Part shown: positions 4,998 through 11,900 of the stretch, piece after piece
Layout of the letters: the number at the start of each line of letters is the position of its first letter
Position numbering within the stretch: the first letter of the stretch is position 1
DNA from: a virus
Taxonomy: Duplodnaviria > Caudoviricetes
IMG/VR virus record: IMGVR_UViG_3300027186_000022
Span: 1 to 26,897 of that record
Reading direction: 5' to 3' (one strand)
Length of the DNA stretch: 26,897 bases
Translations under genes and position numbers: made by a program
Notes under the pieces: model-generated
Databases searched by the model: none
The model's input: the letters and a program-made list of their open reading frames with translations, nothing else
Told to the model about the DNA's origin: nothing

Positions 4998-7616
4998 TTA
5001 TGCGGTTCTTACATAGAGTGTATATGTCTCAATGTTTGTGGGACTACTCCCTATTTCTGTGCCAGCGTAATTTCCTGTAAAGGTTCTTGAATAATTACCC
5101 TCAAAACTTCTCGCATAATTACCAGTATAGTTACCTATATAATTCTCCGATCTTGTTCTTGTAGAGGTACGTAAAAATTCACTACTGTAGTTGCCAACAT
5201 AGTTACCAACGAAATCTCGTGAGAATTCTGATGCGCCAATGTAACTGGATACTCGTGTTCTCTGAAAGTTTGTTGTGTAATTGCCCACAAAGTTTCTTGA
5301 ATAATTACCAGTAAAGTCACCTGTGTAGTTTCCTTCGAAATTCTTTGAAGACGTTCTGGTTGAAGCTCGAGTAGAATTTCTGGTTGAAGTTCGGGTAGAT
5401 GTTCTAGTATAAGAGGCTGTTCCACTACCAACGGTTACCGTATAGCGAAGAGAGGAGCTGGTTGATTGTAGGCGAGAGAGTGCTTGGGCGAAACCGCCCT
5501 CTGGCGACCCATAAGAACCACCATAAGCGGCTGGTGTGCTGTCCTCAATGTCGCCAGTATCACTATTCTCCGCCATGAACAAATAAGTATAAAAAGCCGG
5601 GCCTTGATTGGTCATTTCATTATATTGGAAAGCACGGTAGAATCTCATTAGACGTTGACCACCATCAACATAACCAGTAAAATATCCTGCCATCTGAAGA
5701 TAAGTAATCGTTCTTGAGCCGGAACTTACTATAGTAGTATCCACATTAGTAACAGCTTCATTACTACTTAGAGTTACCACAGCAGTACCAACATAGTTAC
5801 CAAGGAAATTACCACCGTAGTTACCAGTAAAGTCCCCAGTAAAGTTACCAGCATAGGTACTTGTACGTGTTCTCTGAAACTGTGTATTCCTCTCCCTTGT
5901 ATAATTACTTGTTCTAGTTCTAGTGAAGTTGCCGACATAGTCACCAACAAAGTTACGACTAAAACTATCTTCTACGGTTCTGGTACTATTTCGGGTGAAG
6001 TCACCAACAAAGTCACCAGTAAAATCACCATCAAAGTAAAGAGTTCTTGAGAAGTTGCCGACATAGTTACCTGCGAAGTCGCCAACAAACTGATTCTGTC
6101 TAGTACTGGTTCTTGTATAACTGGCTGAATAGACACCTTGGAAATTATGATTATAATTCTTTTGTCTAACCGCCCAGTTATCGGTGAGGGTATAACCTGT
6201 TATCGAAACACCTCTCTCGTATGTAAAACCATCATTGCCAGGATATGAAGTCACGTTCATAGCAGTGCTGTGATTTGAGTAAGAGTTCTGTATTACAGTG
6301 ACGCCGTTAAAGACAACATATAAAGTTGCTGAATTGCCATAATAACTGCGGACAACCCTCCAATAGTAAGTAGAATTATTACCGTAATAGGGACTATTGC
6401 TGACGCCCAAATAGTCACCAGCATAGTTACCAAGGAAATTACCAGTATAACTACTTGTGCCTTGGAAGTCTTGGTTACGATCTCTGGTACTAGTTCTAGA
6501 ATATGTACTGGTTCTCGTAGAAACTCTTGTAAAGTTTTGGTCTCTTTCTGTAGTATAGTTACCAATGTAGTCGCCCACAAAGCCTGGCGAGTATATACTT
6601 GTACGAGTTCTAGTATAGGTGTCGCTAAAATTACGAGTATAATTACCTATAAATTGTTGTGAGAATGTCGAAGCTCTATCTCTAGTGTAGTCTTGTGAGT
6701 AAGTAGAATCTCTTTGTCTCGCATATGTTGAAACCCTACTACGTGTATAAGTTGCATCAGTAACCGCTTGTCGAGTGTCTGTTGCAGTACCCTTTGATGA
6801 CCACGAACCAGAATACCCATTTGCGACAGGAGTACCTTGTGCAGAACTTAGAAGTAAGTAGGAACCGACAGGATTAGCCGACTGACCAATTCGATTTTTT
6901 GATACAGTACCCAGACTTTGACCTATCTGTCGGTCTGTCATTTGTTGAAGACCCTGATAATCACCACTATCACCATTAGACCTTTTTATCGCAAATGGTC
7001 GCACAGCTGTTGGTGCGGTCATGGTGGTTCTTTTATGAAGATAGTATGGAACAGTAGTACCATCTGTCCTAGTGTCACTAAAAATATGTTTTTCAATCGC
7101 ATAGTCGGTAAGTGACCCAGAAGAAGATAATTTGTATGTGCCTGGGTAATCGTTTGTATAGATGGTCGAATTAATTCTATCGATCACCCTGATTTGGTCA
7201 GAATCATCCATCTCCCTGATTTTAAGTTGGGGTATAACTGTATCAACACCACCATCAGTCTGGGTATAACCCACACTAGTATCGGAATCTGAATAGATAA
7301 GTCTACGTACATCACTGTCCGCATTAGATTGAACAAAAGTATTTTGTCCTATTACTGAACCAACAGTGGTGATCGGCAAGAAACCGCCAACTCCAGATGG
7401 AGTACCCACCGCAGAATCATAAGAGGTATTAACGAAAGTGCCGATAGGTTGATAAGAAGATGCCGCCAAAGACGTAGACAGTCTACCAGTATTAGTAGAG
7501 TCCTGTTCTGCGAGATATAGACCTGTTTGGTATGCGAGATAGTTCTCTTCAGTCGAAGAAAACTTCTGAAGTTCTGTTGGCGCTGCACTATCCTTTAATT
7601 TTAATGGAACACTCAT
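4998..7616 (-). CDS. Tetrapeptide-repeat fibre-like virion protein B (872 aa) with two inserted non-repetitive domains
   Basis: RBS GGAG upstream. Paralogue of 2866..4986 in its N-terminal ~285 aa and in the C-terminal TYTLYVR. The repeat tract (about 5060-6750) is interrupted by non-repetitive segments at about 6130-6400 and 5421-5780. Confidence 0.85.
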   Translation of the reverse strand: MSVPLKLKDSAAPTELQKFSSTEENYLAYQTGLYLAEQDSTNTGRLSTSLAASSYQPIGTFVNTSYDSAVGTPSGVGGFLPITTVGSVIGQNTFVQSNADSDVRRLIYSDSDTSVGYTQTDGGVDTVIPQLKIREMDDSDQIRVIDRINSTIYTNDYPGTYKLSSSGSLTDYAIEKHIFSDTRTDGTTVPYYLHKRTTMTAPTAVRPFAIKRSNGDSGDYQGLQQMTDRQIGQSLGTVSKNRIGQSANPVGSYLLLSSAQGTPVANGYSGSWSSKGTATDTRQAVTDATYTRSRVSTYARQRDSTYSQDYTRDRASTFSQQFIGNYTRNFSDTYTRTRTSIYSPGFVGDYIGNYTTERDQNFTRVSTRTSTYSRTSTRDRNQDFQGTSSYTGNFLGNYAGDYLGVSNSPYYGNNSTYYWRVVRSYYGNSATLYVVFNGVTVIQNSYSNHSTAMNVTSYPGNDGFTYERGVSITGYTLTDNWAVRQKNYNHNFQGVYSASYTRTSTRQNQFVGDFAGNYVGNFSRTLYFDGDFTGDFVGDFTRNSTRTVEDSFSRNFVGDYVGNFTRTRTSNYTRERNTQFQRTRTSTYAGNFTGDFTGNYGGNFLGNYVGTAVVTLSSNEAVTNVDTTIVSSGSRTITYLQMAGYFTGYVDGGQRLMRFYRAFQYNEMTNQGPAFYTYLFMAENSDTGDIEDSTPAAYGGSYGSPEGGFAQALSRLQSTSSSLRYTVTVGSGTASYTRTSTRTSTRNSTRASTRTSSKNFEGNYTGDFTGNYSRNFVGNYTTNFQRTRVSSYIGASEFSRDFVGNYVGNYSSEFLRTSTRTRSENYIGNYTGNYARSFEGNYSRTFTGNYAGTEIGSSPTNIETYTLYVRTA

Positions 7617-7632
7617 CGTGTCAATACTCCGA

Positions 7633-8730
7633 TTAGTTTAGTTGAGTTCCATTTACATCGTATATAAGTGGGACATCTGCTCTTAGAGCATTAAGTGCAT
7701 TTACAAAGTTATCTCGTTCTGAACCAACAAACGCAACATTAAGATTACTTAAACTTCCCAAACGATTGTCACGTATACCAGCATCAGAGTCTAAAAGAGA
7801 AATATCATCTGCAAGTGAGTTGACTACAGTTACAAGACTTGTTCTATTTCCTATGGAACCATCAGTATTTAGTTGTGCAATATTACCTACCGCACTATCT
7901 AGTAGTCTAATAGATTGACCTATGCGGTTTGCCCTGAGATTTCCTGAACCGCCTGAGTCTGGAATTGCACCCATTTCAATGTGTAATTCATTAATCGCAC
8001 CACGAACAGTAGTCTCAGAAGTAGAAAGAACTGCGGCACCAATCTCTGCATCCAATTCGTTGATACCATCAGCGAGTGTTCCTGCCGTAGTAGTCAATGC
8101 CTGTGATGGTTCAACAAAGGTATTGAGTGTATCAATCTCCACTTCAAGTTCTGCAATCGCACCTGATACAGTTGTTGCAGTAGTACCCATCGCATCCGCA
8201 GTGATTGTACCTAACTCTGCATCAAGTTCATTAACCGAACCTGTAAGAGTTTTTGCGACAGTGGTCAGAGTTGTATGTGGTGTCGCACCAATGTCAGAAT
8301 CTAGTTCATTGATTGCGCCCGTAAGATGTTTCTTGGTAGTGTTAAGATTATTTTCAACTAGGTTGGAAACATCACCTCGAATTGCAGTTTCAAGTTCGTT
8401 GATTGCATCAACAATACAAGTTTGGTCATTTGTACCTAAATCCGCAAGCGTTCTTTTAGTACCACCTTCCGCATTGTACAGGTCTTGTTCTAGTTCGTTG
8501 ATACCTGCTACAAGGTTAGTTGCAGTAGTGGTAATTTTCGCAGAAACAAGTTCATTGGAAGCTCCTCGAATTGCAACTTCAAGTTCGTTGATAGCAGCAA
8601 CTGCACTAGAGTCTTCATTAGTATTCAGACGCCCAGTCGCACCCAAATCCAATGATATGGTGTTTTGATTGGTTACCAACGTAGTGAAGGTATCCTGAAT
8701 ATCTGTGATTGTAGGTTTATTAGTCGCCAT
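7633..8730 (-). CDS. Segmented coiled-coil fibre/stalk protein with 'L.T....(L/V).GAINEL' repeats
   Basis: 365 aa with about 8 clear and 3 degenerate copies of a 25-35-aa unit (AVAAINELE, LVAGINELE, IVDAINELE, LTGAINELD, LTGSVNELD, VSGAIAELE, LADGINELD, VRGAINELH). This repeat type is common in phage fibres and whiskers. Confidence 0.75.
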   Translation of the reverse strand: MATNKPTITDIQDTFTTLVTNQNTISLDLGATGRLNTNEDSSAVAAINELEVAIRGASNELVSAKITTTATNLVAGINELEQDLYNAEGGTKRTLADLGTNDQTCIVDAINELETAIRGDVSNLVENNLNTTKKHLTGAINELDSDIGATPHTTLTTVAKTLTGSVNELDAELGTITADAMGTTATTVSGAIAELEVEIDTLNTFVEPSQALTTTAGTLADGINELDAEIGAAVLSTSETTVRGAINELHIEMGAIPDSGGSGNLRANRIGQSIRLLDSAVGNIAQLNTDGSIGNRTSLVTVVNSLADDISLLDSDAGIRDNRLGSLSNLNVAFVGSERDNFVNALNALRADVPLIYDVNGTQLN

Positions 8731-8940
8731 TTACAGTTTCTCTACTAGTTTATTGAGAAGTACCTTTAGTTCATCGACATCTTGTCGCAACTCTTGGAAC
8801 TCTGATTTTCGTCTTCGTTTCTTCATTTTCACTTCACGTGCTTTTTGTATCTCATCTTTATTTATATTAATAATGGCACCACTGTTTGAACTTCTCACCA
8901 AACCAGTGTGTCCATCGACACCAATATGATCTCCACTCAT
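8731..8940 (-). CDS. Small conserved hypothetical protein following VrlC-like genes
   Basis: 69 aa, 'V.GH..LVR...SGAIIN.N......AR..K....EL..DV.ELK.LL..L', a pattern I recognise at this position in T4-like marine phages. It abuts both neighbours. Confidence 0.75.
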   Translation of the reverse strand: MSGDHIGVDGHTGLVRSSNSGAIININKDEIQKAREVKMKKRRRKSEFQELRQDVDELKVLLNKLVEKL

Positions 8941-11900
8941 TAGGTAGCCATCGCAATTGCACGTAAGTCACGCAACAGGGGTGGTTTAGAGGTGTTGTTA
9001 CCATTAAACACTATTTTGAATTGATACTGTGTGAATGGTGCAACATCACCACCATCACCACCAATAAGATAACGATACTCACGGAAGTTTCTTTCGTCTG
9101 GTGCAATCGCATTCTCTACTGGTTGTAGTGTCCAATCCACATCAAAGATGTTTTGGTCACCATTTGCAACTCTCCAGTACACATCAAGGTTACTACCAGC
9201 GGGTCTCATCGCAGCAATCATTAACTTCAAACCAACTGCGGGTTCTTCGAGGTCTCCAACACTAGTAATATGTTTTGCAAGTGAGGAACCACCAAACGCA
9301 TCTGTCTCTGCAACATAGTTAATCGGAACATTGAATCCGTTTGCAGTAGCAGATGCCTGATTATCAATCAAGTTTGCTTCGGTTGTTAAAGATGCATTCT
9401 GTGCATCAATAACAGGACTCACATCGGTACGTGTTGTTGACATATCAACTTTGAAAGTACAAGAACGTTGACCAGAACCCAATTCACTAGTTTCGTTTGA
9501 GGTGTTTGCGATCATTCTCGGTGCAGTAAACATATTCAAGTCAGCAATGGAGATATCACTACTATACGTACCATCTTTCTGATATTTTACTTGCGAACCA
9601 GAAGGTGCAGCAAGTGATTTACCAGTAGTGAATTTCGCATTGTATACCAATGAAGTGTCATCTGGCATCAAAGTTGAGAACTGAGGTATACAAGTATCAA
9701 ATATAACTTGTTTATCTATCAATACGTCATCACCACCAAATCTTCCTGAAGAAGTACAAGCGGAGTCTGCATTGAATTGTAGGACGAATCCATCTACCGC
9801 AGTAATAGTTCTTTCACCATTAATAGACGAACCCTTAATACCATTATATGTAGTTGCATCAACAAGACCAGAAACATTAACTTTATCGTTAACATGGAAA
9901 CCATGATGACCCGCAAGTACTGTTACTTGGTCACTGTCTGCACCATGATCAGCACTCATGTATAGTGGGTTTTCGTCAAGCAATTCTTCTTCAACATCAC
10001 GGTTCTCAAATACTGCACTACCAGAAGTTGCAAAGGTAGCAGTAAAGATTTTGAACGCAAGGTCTTTAGTTTGATCTGGTTCCCAAGTCGTACCATTCTG
10101 TGACTTAAACAATGAACCCATAGATGGTTGACGAGAGATTCTCTTCTCGGTTGAACCTAACTCGAACGCATATGTTTCACCAACATACGCCTCATATTCA
10201 GTAGATTCTGCAAGAAGTACAATCGCATACTCTGTCTGTGGATTCAAGAAGATTGGTTCATCGAACTCAAATGTAGTAGGTGTAGCAACTACCGCAGATT
10301 GTGTTTGTGAAGAAGGTAGATTCACCTGACTAGGTGGTAAGAACACAATAGATTGCGAATGGATGTCGGTCGCACTTGGCGCACCATTAACCATTGGTCG
10401 AATCTGTAATTGAATCGGAACACCACTGGTATCCTTACTCTTGAAATAACACTGTACTTTAGTTACATAGATACCACTTGGGTTTGTAACTTGGAAAGAC
10501 TGTGCAAGTGGGTCAGTAAATCGAACACGAGTAGTCTCTGTCCAACGTTTTGTTTGGACTGTAGTAATACGAGTAGAAGTAATAGTCTTCTGTCTAGTAT
10601 CCAGAGTACCCTGTGCAGTATAGTTGAATGTCGCACGTGATAGTGCAGCATTGTCATCATTCTTACTAATGTCAAGAAGTTTGAACTCACGAGTACCAGC
10701 ACGGAAACGTAGACTAGGACTAGAAGGTATAAAGAATGAACCTTCAATAGAACCATTCACATCGGATTCAAGAATGGTTTGTCCCTGTGGATGTGATGAC
10801 TTACGTCTATATCTGTTTGAATATGTTAGATCGGTTGCCTTTTGACCATAACGTTTGAAAGTCTCTTCTCTACAAAATGCACTTACATCCTTACCATCAA
10901 AGAATGGGAAGTAACGAGTATTTGGTCGTAGACCCTCTGCCTTGAAGAATACTTTACGTGAACGTATGAATGGTAGGAATGTCAATGATACAGTTTTGTC
11001 ACCGACCACCTTACGAACGGTTCTTTCACCAACAACTACACGTTGCGAGAAAGACCTAGTGAGGTCAAACCCTTCGGGGCGACCTGCTCCACCATTAAGT
11101 TCGGTAGCCCTTACATTATTAGGTACACCCACCCAGTTCCATGCGGTTGATCGTCTCCAACCACCGAAACGGTTTCTCCCACGACCAGTCGGACTCTGAG
11201 TGCCACCGATAAGACCGAAGCCTGGTACAGGAACGTGCCATCGTCCAACTCTCCATTTCCAACGAGCTCTTCGGTTTGCACGAATTTCAACAGTCGTTGA
11301 ACGGTCACCAAGATTCAAATCCGCAAGAGTTTCGGTTGCAGTCTGATTAATAACGTTTGCGGGAGCGTATCTTGTTTGGAACCAATTGTCTCTAGAGGGA
11401 GATAATTTTAGATTACCTTCACCTGTAATAACTGCGAATGGGTTAACATTCATTGAAGACGATACAAGATTCTGGACTATACCTTCCTTTTCACTATACT
11501 TCAGATAGATCGAGTCACCTTTCATTACAGTGTTTGTCGATAGATCGGAATCGTATGCAAGAATTACATCATCTTCTTCTGTGGGTACACCCAACATTTT
11601 TCCAGATGGGTCGATTGAAGCACGATACTCTGGATTATCTCCGTCCGAGAAACTTCTATCTGCGAAGTTATCAACAAAGAAACCTGACTTAGTTCTTGGG
11701 TTACCATCAGAATCTAGTACTAATAGAGCAGAAGTATCTAGTTCCAGTAGACTTAAAGAAGTCACTTCTTCTAGTTTATCAACTCTCTTTTCCAGTTCAG
11801 AGATATCACTCATGGTAAATCGTTTTGTTTTGATCGGTGTCATTACAACATCCGAATCATTCAGACCATATGCATTATGTTCTAGATGGAATAGTGCAAG

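Noticed and set aside
2930-6750. Ice-nucleation or antifreeze protein (TxT-like and GY/GD-type repeats)
   Set aside because: The period is 4 with two alternating unit classes in mirror order, not the 8/16-residue AGYGST parallel solenoid repeat. The similarity is only compositional.
2866-7616. Diversity-generating retroelement target (Asn-rich repeats, duplicated segments)
   Set aside because: No reverse transcriptase in the window and no TR/VR pair differing only at adenines; the duplicated segments are identical or differ at synonymous sites.
7922-8668. 248-aa plus-strand ORF and other long antisense ORFs (11530-12009, 15721-16215, 22658-23233, 25599-26078)
   Set aside because: Antisense shadows of well-supported minus-strand genes, with S/V/P-biased translations and no recognisable motifs.
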